From contig NZ_JABEZU010000001.1 in NCBI RefSeq assembly GCF_013149785.1, positions 1 to 64,000 on the forward strand: 64,000 nt of DNA. Reading direction: 5' to 3'. Each line of letters starts with the position of its first letter. Positions within the stretch are counted from its first letter, which is position 1. The notes beneath the pieces were generated by a model. It did not search any database, was not told where the DNA came from, and saw only the letters and a list, made by a program, of their open reading frames with translations. Origin of the DNA: Isoptericola halotolerans (GTDB lineage Bacteria > Actinomycetota > Actinomycetes > Actinomycetales > Cellulomonadaceae). Below, piece after piece: positions 46,785-56,169 of the stretch. The position numbers were made by a program, and so were the translations under genes.

Positions 46785-47195
46785 TCAGGCGGTGAGCAGC
46801 CCGATGCCGCAGGCGGCCAGCCCGGCGACCAGGAACGCCGCCCCGCCCCAGAGCAGCACGACGAACCGGTTGGGTCGGGTGCGGCCGGCGCCGACGGCGG
46901 ACAGGAAGAATCCGGCCGGCATGAGGATCGCCGCGACCAGCACCCCGGACCGGGAGAGCCACTGCCAGCCGCCGGTCAGCGAGGACGCCTCGGTGAGCAG
47001 CAGGCAGACCAGGCCGAGGATGATCAGCACCCCGGCGTGGGCGTGGCCGGCACGGAAGAACGCCTGCTGGAACGGAGTGACGGGGACGGTGCCGCTGGCG
47101 ACCTTGGTGAGGAACAAGCCGCCGCTGGCGACGGCGATGGTGGCGAGCAGGACGATGCCTGCGGTGAGACGGGCGGGATCGGACAGTTCGAGCAC
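46785..47195 (-). CDS. Small four-TM membrane protein of unknown function
   Basis: FFRAGHAHAGVLIILGL motif; GGAGG RBS; divergent from TetR. Confidence 0.75.
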   Translation of the reverse strand: MLELSDPARLTAGIVLLATIAVASGGLFLTKVASGTVPVTPFQQAFFRAGHAHAGVLIILGLVCLLLTEASSLTGGWQWLSRSGVLVAAILMPAGFFLSAVGAGRTRPNRFVVLLWGGAAFLVAGLAACGIGLLTA

Positions 47196-47236
47196 GGGTG
47201 CCTCCGGTGGCGGGAAGGTCGTCTGCGGTTGTTTTC

Positions 47237-47260
47237 TAACACTGTTATCTAACAGTGTGA
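47237..47260. promoter_or_regulatory. TetR operator pair
   Basis: TAACACTGTTA and TAACAGTGTGA, together forming ACACTGTTA-TC-TAACAGTGT. Confidence 0.6.
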
Positions 47261-47292
47261 GGAAACTGCGCGCAAGGCCTTACGATGCCGAC

Positions 47293-47850
47293 ATGCCCCG
47301 ACCGAGAGTTCACGACGAGGCCGTTCGCCGACGTCTGCTGGAGGCTGCGTCCGCCGCCGTGGCCGAGCGCGGCGCCGCCGGGCTGTCGCTGCGTTCCGTC
47401 GCGACGGCGGCGGGCACCACCACGGCCGCCGTCTACGCGCTGTTCGGCGGTCGGGACGAGCTCGTCCAGGCGGTGGTCGACGAGGGCTTCCGCCGGTTCG
47501 CCGCCCATCTGGCCGCCGTCCGCCGCACCGACGACCCGGCGGCCGACCTCCTCACCCTGGGGCAGGCCTACCGGGCCAACGCCCGGGAGAACCCGCACTA
47601 CTACCGGGTGATGTTCGGCGCGCGTCCCGAGGGCGCACGGCCGGCCGAACCCACCTTCCAGGTCCTCGTGGCGGGCGTCGCGCGCGCCACGGGGTCGGCC
47701 CCCGAGGAGGCCGAGGTCCGGGCGGGGCGGCTCTGGGCCTACGTGCACGGCCTCGTCATGCTGGAGCTGGGCGGCTTCCTGCCCGGCGCCGCCGGCGACG
47801 ACGCCTTCACGGCCGCGCTGCGGGCGAGCCGCTCGATCATCGAGGGCTGA
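47293..47850 (+). CDS. TetR family regulator (WHG-type C-terminus)
   Basis: LSLRSVATAAGTTTAAVYALFG; LWAYVHGLVMLE. Confidence 0.9.
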   Translation: MPRPRVHDEAVRRRLLEAASAAVAERGAAGLSLRSVATAAGTTTAAVYALFGGRDELVQAVVDEGFRRFAAHLAAVRRTDDPAADLLTLGQAYRANARENPHYYRVMFGARPEGARPAEPTFQVLVAGVARATGSAPEEAEVRAGRLWAYVHGLVMLELGGFLPGAAGDDAFTAALRASRSIIEG

Positions 47851-47923
47851 GGCCGCCCTCCGGGGCGGCTCGGGGGGTCAGCGGCTCAGGCAGCCGTGCG
47901 CCGGCTGCGCTAGGTTCACGCAC

Positions 47924-48556
47924 GTGACGGACGACGGGGTCGAGGTGAGGTGGCGGTTCCGACGCCGGACGGCGCGGATCGCGGGCGTGGGTGCCGGCGT
48001 GGTCGTGCTCGTCGGGGTGTGGTGGGCGGTCTCCTCGCAGGGCGTCGTGGAGACGGGGTCGTCCAGCTGGTCGCCCGGGTATCGCGATGAATGTGCGTAC
48101 CCCGACGAGGACGTCTGGGCCCTGTACGCGGCCGACGAGGACGTCGTCGCCGTGCAGACCGTCCGGAACTCGTCGCCGTGGCCCGTCGAGGTCGTCAGCG
48201 ACCGACCCGACGTGTTCCGGTTCGGAGCGATCTATGACGAGCTGGCGATGTTCCCGTCCGTCGACGGCGTGGTGCCCCCGCCCGACGGGACGACCGACCG
48301 GGCCGTCGTGCCGGCGGGGGAGGAGATCGTGATGTGGATCGTGGAACCGTTCCCCGAGGACGGGCCGATGCCCCACGGGTCGGAAGTGCTCTCCGGTCGC
48401 CAGGGCATCGGCGGTGCCGACGTCCGGATCTGGTCGCTCGGGCTCCCTCACGACGCCCACGTCGCGTTCCATGGCTCCCTCTGGCAGAGCGGGCTCACCT
48501 CCGACTCCGCCGCCTTCCAGCGCGAGCTCGGCGAGATGTGCCTCGTCGACGAGTGA
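47924..48556 (+). CDS. Hypothetical membrane-anchored protein
   Basis: Basic N-terminus, one TM segment, acidic domain; TAGGTT -10 before the GTG. Confidence 0.6.
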   Translation: MTDDGVEVRWRFRRRTARIAGVGAGVVVLVGVWWAVSSQGVVETGSSSWSPGYRDECAYPDEDVWALYAADEDVVAVQTVRNSSPWPVEVVSDRPDVFRFGAIYDELAMFPSVDGVVPPPDGTTDRAVVPAGEEIVMWIVEPFPEDGPMPHGSEVLSGRQGIGGADVRIWSLGLPHDAHVAFHGSLWQSGLTSDSAAFQRELGEMCLVDE

Positions 48557-48605
48557 CGCGGGTCCAGGTGGGTCCGACCCCGCCGCCCACGACGCGGTGC
48601 GCGAC

Positions 48606-49346
48606 CTACGGCGTCGGGGCCGGGCCGCAGCAGCCGTCGCGGCACCCGTCCGCATCGTCAACAGGGTCGGCGCCGGCCTCGGCACCGCCGTCGCCGCCCC
48701 GCAAGGCGTGCACCGGCGAGCAGCACGTGTCGCCGCGCCATGCCTCGAGGCCCTCTCGCACGGCGACGGCGGCGATGACGAGGGCGGCGAGCGGGTCGGC
48801 CCAGGTCCAGCCGAGGGTCGAGTTGAGGACGAGGCCGACGAGCAGCACGGCGGAGAGATAGGTGCACAGCAGGGTCTGCTTCGAGTCGGCGACGGCCGTC
48901 GCCGACCCCAGCTCACGGCCCGTTCGCCGCTCGAACCACGACAGGATGGGCATGGTCGCCAGGCTGACCGCCGCGAGGACGATCCCCACGGTGGAGTGGT
49001 GTGGCTCCGAGGCGCCGGCGAGGGTGCGCAGGGCGTCGACGGTGACGAACAGGGCCAGCCCGAAGAACGACACGGCGATGAGGCGGACGGCGGTGCGCTC
49101 CCGATCGCGCGGGTCGGGTGCGGCGAACTGCCAGGCCACCGCCGCGGCGGACAGCACCTCGACGAGCGAGTCGAGGCCGAAGCCGACCAGCGCCGCCGAG
49201 GAGGCGATGCGTCCCGCGGTGAGGGCGACGGCCGCCTCGACGAGGTTGTAGCTGATCGTGGCGGCGACGATCCAGCGCACCCGACGTTCCAGGACGCCGC
49301 GCCGGGCGAGGCTCAGCGGGCGGGGTCCGAGGGAGGCGGTCGTCAT
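48606..49346 (-). CDS. Cation efflux (CDF-related) transporter with a Cys-rich tail
   Basis: YNLVEA, GFGLDSLVE, ADSKQTLLC, WADPLAAL; tail GDTCC...GCRDGCC. Confidence 0.88.
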   Translation of the reverse strand: MTTASLGPRPLSLARRGVLERRVRWIVAATISYNLVEAAVALTAGRIASSAALVGFGLDSLVEVLSAAAVAWQFAAPDPRDRERTAVRLIAVSFFGLALFVTVDALRTLAGASEPHHSTVGIVLAAVSLATMPILSWFERRTGRELGSATAVADSKQTLLCTYLSAVLLVGLVLNSTLGWTWADPLAALVIAAVAVREGLEAWRGDTCCSPVHALRGGDGGAEAGADPVDDADGCRDGCCGPAPTP

Positions 49347-49675
49347 GAGCAGGTGCACCCCGTGGCGGAGCAGCAGGTGGGGTCCACGTCGACGACCAGC
49401 CGCAGCAGGTCGTCGAGCGCGGGGGCGAGGTGCGGGTCGGCGAGCCGGTACCAGGTACGCCGCCCCTCCGGGACGGCCGTGACCAGGCCGCAGCCGCGCA
49501 GGCATGACAGCTGGTTCGACATCACCTGCCGGGAGACGCCGAGGGCGTCGGCGAGGTCCGAGGGGAACGCGGGCGCTTCGCGGAGGGTCAGCAGGATGCG
49601 TGTCCGGGTCTCGTCGGACAGCGCGTAGCCGAGCCGTGCGAGGGCCGCGGTGTGCGACAGGGTGACGGTCTCCAT
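49343..49675 (-). CDS. cmtR: Cd/Pb-sensing ArsR-SmtB repressor
   Basis: ALARLGYALSDETR, SNQLSCLRGCGLV (CxxxC), C-terminal Cys cluster. Confidence 0.85.
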   Translation of the reverse strand: METVTLSHTAALARLGYALSDETRTRILLTLREAPAFPSDLADALGVSRQVMSNQLSCLRGCGLVTAVPEGRRTWYRLADPHLAPALDDLLRLVVDVDPTCCSATGCTCS

Positions 49676-49747
49676 GCGACGGACGATACACGAATCGCTG
49701 TACTGTCGACCGGGTTCGCGCAACGGCCGGGCCGCGGCGTGGCAGGA

Positions 49748-49762
49748 TGAGAATCCTTCTCA
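49748..49762. promoter_or_regulatory. Zur box
   Basis: TGAGAATCCTTCTCA fits the actinobacterial Zur 7-1-7 consensus (TGAAAATNATTTTCA); upstream of the COG0523 gene. Confidence 0.75.
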
Positions 49763-49804
49763 TTCCGGCCCCGCGCGGGTGCTACCCGACCACGAAGGGA
49801 CCTG

Positions 49805-50824
49805 ATGCGCAGCGACCCCCGCAAGGTGCCCGTCGTCGTCCTCGCCGGACACCTGGGCGCCGGCAAGACCACCCTGCTCAACCACCTGCTGACACGGCCC
49901 GGCGCGCGCGTCGGGGTGGTCGTCAACGACTTCGGGGACATCGACGTCGACGCCGGGCTGGTCACCGGTCAGATCGACGAGCCGGCGGCGATCTCCGGCG
50001 GCTGCCTGTGCTGCCTGCCGGACGCCGGCGGCCTCGACGACGCGCTGGAGGTCCTCACCGCGCCGCGGCGCGGGCTCGACGTCGTCCTCGTCGAGGCGAG
50101 CGGGATCGCCGACCCGGTGACCCTCGCCCGGCTCGTCCGCTTCAGCGGCGTCGAGCGCGTGCGCCCCGGGGGAGTGGTCGACGTGATCGACGCCGGCGAG
50201 CACTTCGAGACCGTCGACACCGGTGCGGACCCGCCGGTCCGGCACGCGGCGGCGTCCCTCGTGGTGGTCAACAAGCTCGACCTGCTGGCACCGGACGAAC
50301 GGGAGGCCACGTTCGCCCGCATCGGCGAGCGGGTGCGCGGGCGCAACCCCCGGGCGCACGTGGTGGCGACGGACCACGGCCGGATCGACCCCGACCTGGT
50401 CTACGACGCCGCCCTGGACGAGGACCCGCCCGACCAGCTGCCGCTCGCTGCCCTGCTGCGCGAGGAGCGCACGCAGCACCATGTGCACGCCGACGCCGTC
50501 AGCGTCCCGGCACAGGGCCCGGTCAGCCCGAGCCGGCTCGTCGACCTGCTGGAGGATCCGCCCCCGGGGGTCTACCGGATGAAGGGGCACGTCGCGGTGC
50601 GCACGACCCGCGGCGTGCGCACCTACCTGGTGAACGTCGTCGGGCGGTCGGTGCACGTCGCGAGCGCGGCGGCGCCGCCCGCCGGGGAGGGTGTCGTCGC
50701 GATCGGCATGCACCTGGACACCACCGCCGTCCGGGAGCAGGTCGCGGATGCGCTGGCGACACGTGACGTCCCTGACGCCCGCGGCTTCTCCCGCCTGCAG
50801 CGTCACCGACGGCTGAGCCGCTGA
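49805..50824 (+). CDS. COG0523/CobW family metallochaperone GTPase
   Basis: GHLGAGKTT, VNDFG, GCLCC, VEASG, NKLD, YRMKG (CobW_C). Confidence 0.92.
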   Translation: MRSDPRKVPVVVLAGHLGAGKTTLLNHLLTRPGARVGVVVNDFGDIDVDAGLVTGQIDEPAAISGGCLCCLPDAGGLDDALEVLTAPRRGLDVVLVEASGIADPVTLARLVRFSGVERVRPGGVVDVIDAGEHFETVDTGADPPVRHAAASLVVVNKLDLLAPDEREATFARIGERVRGRNPRAHVVATDHGRIDPDLVYDAALDEDPPDQLPLAALLREERTQHHVHADAVSVPAQGPVSPSRLVDLLEDPPPGVYRMKGHVAVRTTRGVRTYLVNVVGRSVHVASAAAPPAGEGVVAIGMHLDTTAVREQVADALATRDVPDARGFSRLQRHRRLSR

Positions 50825-50885
50825 CCGACCCCTGAACCTCACGATGCTGCACCTGCTGCGCGCGTCGGGCAAGATATGACAGGTC

Positions 50886-51242
50886 GTGAAGCAGCCGCGA
50901 CCGCTCGAGCAGGCAGCGAAGGTGATCGTGAACGACCAACTGACTCATGGCGGCGTGCGTATCGACCCGTCCCGCGCCCACTGGGCGATGTGGGGCGAGG
51001 TGGACGGCGCCGTGCAGAAGCGGGTGCAGGCCGACCTGGCCGAGCACCTCCGTCGGACGGGCGAGGAGCCCCTCACGGTGGACCTCGCCGAGGTGACCTT
51101 CATCGACTCGGGGGGCCTGCGGCTTCTCTACACCGCGGCGGAGACGAAGCCGACCCCGCCGCGCCTCGTCGACGCGCCGGGCAAGGTCCTCGACCTGCTG
51201 AGGATCAGCGGGGTCGATACGATGTTCGTCCTCGACAACTGA
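50886..51242 (+). CDS. STAS-domain anti-sigma factor antagonist
   Basis: WGEVD, VDLAEVTFIDSGGLRLL with the phospho-acceptor Ser, LLRISGVD; start uncertain. Confidence 0.88.
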   Translation: MKQPRPLEQAAKVIVNDQLTHGGVRIDPSRAHWAMWGEVDGAVQKRVQADLAEHLRRTGEEPLTVDLAEVTFIDSGGLRLLYTAAETKPTPPRLVDAPGKVLDLLRISGVDTMFVLDN

Positions 51243-51256
51243 GGAGGACGAACTTG

Positions 51257-51718
51257 GTGGATCAGACGCTTCCCCAGGCGCGAGCTCCCCGAGGTTTCCG
51301 CGAGGTGCGTTCCTGGCCTCTGCTGGAGGTCGACGAGCTGGCCGTGCTCCGTGACGACCTCGGCTCCGTGATGCCGGGGCGCCCGGGCGCGAGGCTCGAG
51401 GACGTCCCGGAGTCCGTGATCCTGGTCGCCAGCGAGCTGGCGACCAACGCCCTGAGCTACGCCGGCGGACCGGCGATCGTCCGGCTGTCGGCGCGCGACG
51501 GCGAGTACCTGCTCGAGGTGGTCGACCGCGCCCCCGACCGCGTGCCCGAGCGGGTCGCCGACCGTCCCACGGGCCAGGGTGGCTTCGGCCTCCTGCTCGC
51601 GGCACGGCTCGCCGACGAGGTCGGGTGGTGCCGCACCGAGAACGCGAAGCACGTGTGGGCCCGGTTCACCGTGAGCTCCGGCGTGCACACCCGGGACCAG
51701 GCCGGCCTGGCCGTCTGA
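51257..51718 (+). CDS. Anti-sigma factor / Ser kinase (RsbW-like HATPase_c)
   Basis: GAGGAGG RBS; LVASELATNAL N-box, LEVVD, GGFGLLLA, KHVWARF. Confidence 0.85.
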   Translation: MDQTLPQARAPRGFREVRSWPLLEVDELAVLRDDLGSVMPGRPGARLEDVPESVILVASELATNALSYAGGPAIVRLSARDGEYLLEVVDRAPDRVPERVADRPTGQGGFGLLLAARLADEVGWCRTENAKHVWARFTVSSGVHTRDQAGLAV

Positions 51719-51730
51719 CCGGCCGGGCCG

Positions 51731-53983
51731 TCAGTCGCGACGCAGCACCAGCAGGGTCGCGTCGTCGTCCGAGCCCGGGTCCCGCACCAGCTCCAGGAGG
51801 CGGGCGGCCCGGGTGGTCTGCCCGGTGGTGGCGCGCAGCCGCTCCAGCGAGTCGACGATCGACTCGTCGCGGCGCTCGACCAGCCCGTCGCTGTAGAGCA
51901 CCAGGGCACCGCCGCGCTCGACGGTCGCCGACCCGGAGCGGTCGTCCCGGGTGCCGACCCCCAGCGGCGGCGCACCCAGCACCGGCACCGTCGAGGCGCC
52001 GTCGGGCCCGACGACGACGGGCGGCGGGTGGCCCGCTGTGACGTACTCGACCGCGCCCGACGCCGTGTCGACGACGGCGACGACCACCGTGGCGACCTGC
52101 CCCGGCAGGGTGGCGCGCACCAGCTGGTCGACCTGGCCGACGGCACGCACGGCGGGGCTGCCGGTGAGCATCAGGGCCCGCAGCGCGTTGCGGAGCTGGC
52201 CCATCGTGGCGGCTGCCGTCAGGCCGTGGCCGGAGACGTCGCCGACGACGAGCGCCAGCCGGTCGCCGTCCAGGGGCAGCGCGTCGTACCAGTCGCCGCC
52301 GGCCAGGCCGCCGCCGGTCGGCTCGTACAGCGCCTCCAGCGTCCAGCCGTCGATCTGCGGCAGCTCCGTCGGCAGCAGGCTCCGCTGCAGCGTGGCGGCT
52401 GCCCGGATGTCGCGACGACCGCGCAGCAGCAACCCCTCGGCGAGGTAGGAGCGCAGCGAGGTGGCGACGTCGACCTGGTCGTCCGTCCACGGTTCGCTCG
52501 TGCCGCGCACGACCTCCCGCCACCGTGCGAACGACTTGCGGGGGGAGAGCCGGACGGAGTCGCCCTCCCGGTGCGCGATCGCCTTGTTGTGGGGGTCTCC
52601 ACCCCAGTCCACGCTCCGCACGACCTCGTCGCGCAGCCAGACCGTCACGCTGCCACCGGGCACGACGAGCGCCAGGAGTCCCGCCGAGGCCGGCACGAGG
52701 CCCGCCACGTCGGGGACGTCCCGGGCGAGCCGGTGGGAGACCAGGACCTCGTCGACCTGCGCGGCGAGCGCGCGAGCGATGCGTTCGCACGTCTCGTCGT
52801 CGGGGGCGGACCCCTCACGGCCCACGCGTCCTTCCGCGACGACGAACGCGCCGTCGGCCGGGACCAGGTCGAGCAGCCCGGGCTCACCGGTCAGGGCGTC
52901 GGCGAGCGGGACGTCGTCGTCACGCGTCAGCGCGACGAGGCGGGCGAGGACGCCGTCCGACCGGCGCGACGCCGAGGCGCGGTCGTCCTCGGCCTGCGTC
53001 ACGAGCCGCCCGGACAGCGTCGATCCGAGGAACTCCGCCGCGGCGCGGGCGGCGTACGACGGCGCGTGCGGGCCGGCGTAGTGGTGGCAGGCGACGAGGC
53101 CCCACAGCCGCCCGTCACGCAGCAGGGAGATGGACATCGACGCGCGCACACCCATGTTCTGCAGGTACTCGACATGGATCGGCGAGACGCTGCGCAGCGT
53201 GCCGTAGGTGAGGTCGAGGGGCTGCGCGGTGACCGGGTCGTCGGTGGGCACGATCGGGGCGGGCACGTAGTCCACGTCCGAGATGAGCCGTATCCAGTTC
53301 TTCTCGTACAGGGCGCGCGCTTGTGGCGGGATGTCCGACGCCGGGTAGTGCAGCCCGAGGAACGGGTTGAGGTCGTCGCGGCGCGCCTCGGAGACCACCT
53401 CGCCGTTGTCCTCGGCGTCGAAGCGGTAGAGCATCACGCGGTCGAACCCGGTCAGACGGCGCACCTGTCGGACCGCGACGTCGTACAGCTCCGCGAGCGA
53501 CGCGGTGCGGTCGAGCTCGGTCAGGGCGTCCCGGACCGGCTCGAAGGTGCTGGAATAGGTCAGTCGGGGGTGGCTGGAGAACGGTTCGAGCTCGACGACC
53601 AGCACCGGGGGGCGCGCGTCGGCGGCTGTGGCCGGGACGTGGTGCAGCACCGCCTCGAAGCGTTCCACGGCGCCACGCACGGTGACCTCGAGGTCGAGGG
53701 GGTTGCGCAGCCGGGGGTCGTCGACCTGTGTCACGTGGGTGAGCACCGCCGTGGCGGCGCCGTCGCCGAGCACCTCCGCGAGGGTGGAGCCGAGGACGGC
53801 CTGCGGCTCTCGGCCGAGGACCGCGAGAGTGCTCTCGGAGCACTGGGTGACGACGCCGTCGTCCGTGCGCAGCGCCAGCAGGGCCCCCCGCGGCTGGACA
53901 CTGCCCGGGACGTGGATGGGCTCGCGGGCGCAGTTGTCCAGGTCGATGGCTTCCCCGGGGGCGAGGAAAGCGCTGTCGGCCAT
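51731..53983 (-). CDS. bphP: Bacteriophytochrome with PP2C/SpoIIE phosphatase output (PAS-GAF-PHY-PPM)
   Basis: Start MADSAFL. NCAREPIHVPGSVQP (bilin Cys), GFDRVMLYRF, YPASDIP, LRSVSPIHVEYL, WGG and PRKSF tongue; then LQRSLLP, GGDWYD, GDVSGHG, YSDGLVE, DDATLL. Confidence 0.93.
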   Translation of the reverse strand: MADSAFLAPGEAIDLDNCAREPIHVPGSVQPRGALLALRTDDGVVTQCSESTLAVLGREPQAVLGSTLAEVLGDGAATAVLTHVTQVDDPRLRNPLDLEVTVRGAVERFEAVLHHVPATAADARPPVLVVELEPFSSHPRLTYSSTFEPVRDALTELDRTASLAELYDVAVRQVRRLTGFDRVMLYRFDAEDNGEVVSEARRDDLNPFLGLHYPASDIPPQARALYEKNWIRLISDVDYVPAPIVPTDDPVTAQPLDLTYGTLRSVSPIHVEYLQNMGVRASMSISLLRDGRLWGLVACHHYAGPHAPSYAARAAAEFLGSTLSGRLVTQAEDDRASASRRSDGVLARLVALTRDDDVPLADALTGEPGLLDLVPADGAFVVAEGRVGREGSAPDDETCERIARALAAQVDEVLVSHRLARDVPDVAGLVPASAGLLALVVPGGSVTVWLRDEVVRSVDWGGDPHNKAIAHREGDSVRLSPRKSFARWREVVRGTSEPWTDDQVDVATSLRSYLAEGLLLRGRRDIRAAATLQRSLLPTELPQIDGWTLEALYEPTGGGLAGGDWYDALPLDGDRLALVVGDVSGHGLTAAATMGQLRNALRALMLTGSPAVRAVGQVDQLVRATLPGQVATVVVAVVDTASGAVEYVTAGHPPPVVVGPDGASTVPVLGAPPLGVGTRDDRSGSATVERGGALVLYSDGLVERRDESIVDSLERLRATTGQTTRAARLLELVRDPGSDDDATLLVLRRD

Positions 53984-54087
53984 AGCGTCTCCCGGTCTGG
54001 TGTGCACGATAGGGGCAGGATACGGGCGTGATGGTGACCGAGTCGCCGTCCTCGTCGTCGTGCTCGCTGTCGGGGCCCGGCCTCGGG

Positions 54088-55032
54088 CTACCTGCTCTCG
54101 ACGAGGCCGATCGGTGCGGCGCTCGCGTTGAAGGCCCCGCGAGCAGCGGGCCAGCTGTTCCCCTCGACGTGCAGCGCGGTGCGGAGGTACGCGGTGCTCA
54201 GCCGCTGGACGACGGCCACCCGCTCGGGGTCCTCGTCGGTGGTCTCGGCGACCTCGTACCCGACGATCCCGCCGAGCGCGTGCTCGGCACCGTGGAGGGT
54301 CAGGAGGTCGGTCGCCCCGGGGCTGAACCGGTAGGCGTCCGTGAACCAGTCGGGTCCGCGGCTCGACATCATGGACTGGTCCTGGTCGCCCGCGACCACG
54401 AGCGTCGGCGTGGTCAGCTCCTGGAACGAGGGGTGCATGAAGGGGAAGTTCTCCTGCGCGAACGGGTGCAGGTCGTCGCCGGCCACGCCGGTGGCGGCGA
54501 ACAGGATGCCCGCGCCGACGCGACCGTCGGACAGGTCCTCGCCGACGCGACCCGCCTCGTCGAGGATCCGCGCGCCGAGGAGCGCCTGGGCGGTCTGCCC
54601 GCCCCAGGAGTGACCGGTGGCGGCGACGCGGCTGCGGTCGACACGGCCGGCGAGCCCCGGCACGGCGGCCTCGACGGTGTCGAGCTGGTCGAGGGTGCGT
54701 GTCAGGTCCGCGATCCGTTCGGTCCAGATCGTCGGGAACACCGGGTGGTCGAACCCGAAGCCGTTCCGGCGTGAGTCCAGGTGCGTGGGCTGGATGACGA
54801 CGAACCCGCGGGAGGCCCAGAACGCCGTGAGCGGTGCGTACCCGTCGAGGTTCCACCCGTTGCCGTGGGAGAACAGCACGACGGGGAGGTTCGTGCCGGT
54901 CACCGGGGCCGAGACGCGCACCTCCAGCGGGACCGGTCGGCCGGGGGCGGTCAGCCCGACGGGAGCGACGGAGACGACCGGGGTGCCGGCCCCGACGACG
55001 TCGTCCAGCGTGCCGACGATCGATGAGCTCAT
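54088..55032 (-). CDS. Alpha/beta hydrolase (chlorophyllase/dienelactone hydrolase-like)
   Basis: VLFSHG, GHSWGG nucleophile elbow, VAGDQD, AEHALGGI; AGGAAGG RBS before MSSSIV. Confidence 0.88.
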   Translation of the reverse strand: MSSSIVGTLDDVVGAGTPVVSVAPVGLTAPGRPVPLEVRVSAPVTGTNLPVVLFSHGNGWNLDGYAPLTAFWASRGFVVIQPTHLDSRRNGFGFDHPVFPTIWTERIADLTRTLDQLDTVEAAVPGLAGRVDRSRVAATGHSWGGQTAQALLGARILDEAGRVGEDLSDGRVGAGILFAATGVAGDDLHPFAQENFPFMHPSFQELTTPTLVVAGDQDQSMMSSRGPDWFTDAYRFSPGATDLLTLHGAEHALGGIVGYEVAETTDEDPERVAVVQRLSTAYLRTALHVEGNSWPAARGAFNASAAPIGLVESR

Positions 55033-55076
55033 GACGTTCCTTCCTGGGAGGGGTGGCGCTCTGCGATACTCGTTAT

Positions 55077-55119
55077 CGGAGCGCTGTTCCGGTACATTAC
55101 GGAACGCTGCTCCGTAATG
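55077..55119. promoter_or_regulatory. Two TetR-type operators (CGGA-N7-TCCG)
   Basis: CGGAgcgctgtTCCG (55077-55091) and CATTACGGAacgctgcTCCGTAATG (55095-55119). Confidence 0.6.
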
Positions 55120-55749
55120 CAAGCACGTGCCGAGGAGCTCGAGGAGAAGCGCATGGCTGAAGCCCAGGGGCAGCGCCCGCCCGGGCCGCGGTCCCCGCAG
55201 GTGGGCCGTCCACGCCGGAGTCGGCAGGCCCTGCTCGACGCCGCGGCGGAGGTCTTCGTCTCGTCCGGGGTGGACGCCCCGGTGCGGGAGATCGCGGCGC
55301 GGGCCGGCGTCGGCGTGGGGACGATCTACCGGCACTTCCCGACGCGTCCGGAGCTGGTGGTCGCGGTCTACCGTCACCAGGTCGAGGCCTGCGCGGAGGC
55401 CGGGCCGCGGCTGCTCGCGCAGTGCGCGACGCCCGAGGAGGCTCTGCGGGCCTGGGTGGAGCTGTTCGTGGAGTTCCTGGTCACCAAGCACGGGCTGGCC
55501 GACGTGCTGCGCGGAGACAGCGCCGGGTCCGACGCCCTGCACGCCTTCTTCGTCGACCGCCTGGTCCCCGTGTGCGGCTCGCTCCTCGACGCCGCGTTCG
55601 CGGAGGCGGGCACGGCTCCGCCGATCGACGCCTACAACGTGCTCAAGGGCATCGGCAACCTCTGCATCGGCGCGGAGGCCGACACCCGCTACGAGGCCGT
55701 GGGCCTCGTGCAGCTCCTCGTCACGGGCGTGCTCACCGGCAGGTCGTGA
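55117..55749 (+). CDS. TetR family regulator
   Basis: VREIAARAGVGVGTIYRHFPTR; alternative start at 55153. Confidence 0.9.
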   Translation: MQARAEELEEKRMAEAQGQRPPGPRSPQVGRPRRSRQALLDAAAEVFVSSGVDAPVREIAARAGVGVGTIYRHFPTRPELVVAVYRHQVEACAEAGPRLLAQCATPEEALRAWVELFVEFLVTKHGLADVLRGDSAGSDALHAFFVDRLVPVCGSLLDAAFAEAGTAPPIDAYNVLKGIGNLCIGAEADTRYEAVGLVQLLVTGVLTGRS

Positions 55750-55804
55750 CGCCCCGCTCGTCCGTGCGGCTGCGTGCTCGGGCGACCCGTCCTAGCGTCG
55801 AAGG

Positions 55805-56122
55805 ATGAGCCAGAAGAACGACCGTGACCGTCGCGAGGCGGCGGGCAGCACCAGCGCGAAGATCCTCTACCGGCCCTTCGGCCTGGTGAGCTCGATCGTG
55901 GGCGGCGTCGTGGCGGGCCAGGTGTTCCGCCAGGTCTACAAGAGGGTCGCACCGGGCCACCCGGACGACCCGCCCAAGCCGCTCGAGTCCGAGTACGGCC
56001 TGAAGGAGATCCTGCTCGCCTCGCTGCTGCAGGGAGCGATCTTCTCCCTGGTCAAGGCGTTGATCGATCGTGGAGGCGCCCGGATGTTCCAGCGCTGGAC
56101 GGGGGAGTGGCCGGGCGACTGA
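55805..56122 (+). CDS. DUF4235 family protein
   Basis: AKILYRPFGLVSS, LQGAIF, ARMFQRWTGEWPG. Confidence 0.8.
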   Translation: MSQKNDRDRREAAGSTSAKILYRPFGLVSSIVGGVVAGQVFRQVYKRVAPGHPDDPPKPLESEYGLKEILLASLLQGAIFSLVKALIDRGGARMFQRWTGEWPGD

Positions 56123-56169
56123 GCCGCATCCCGCCCCGGCCGTGGCGGCACCGGGATATGTTGCCCAGG

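Noticed and set aside
49805..50824. Cobalamin biosynthesis gene cobW or a B12 riboswitch
   Set aside because: No cob genes or riboswitch-sized leader nearby; the upstream Zur-like box points to a zinc-related COG0523 member.
53984..54856. 291-aa N-terminal extension of the phytochrome in the ORF track
   Set aside because: It overlaps the hydrolase gene in another frame. The canonical phytochrome N-terminus begins at 53983 after a GGAGA RBS.
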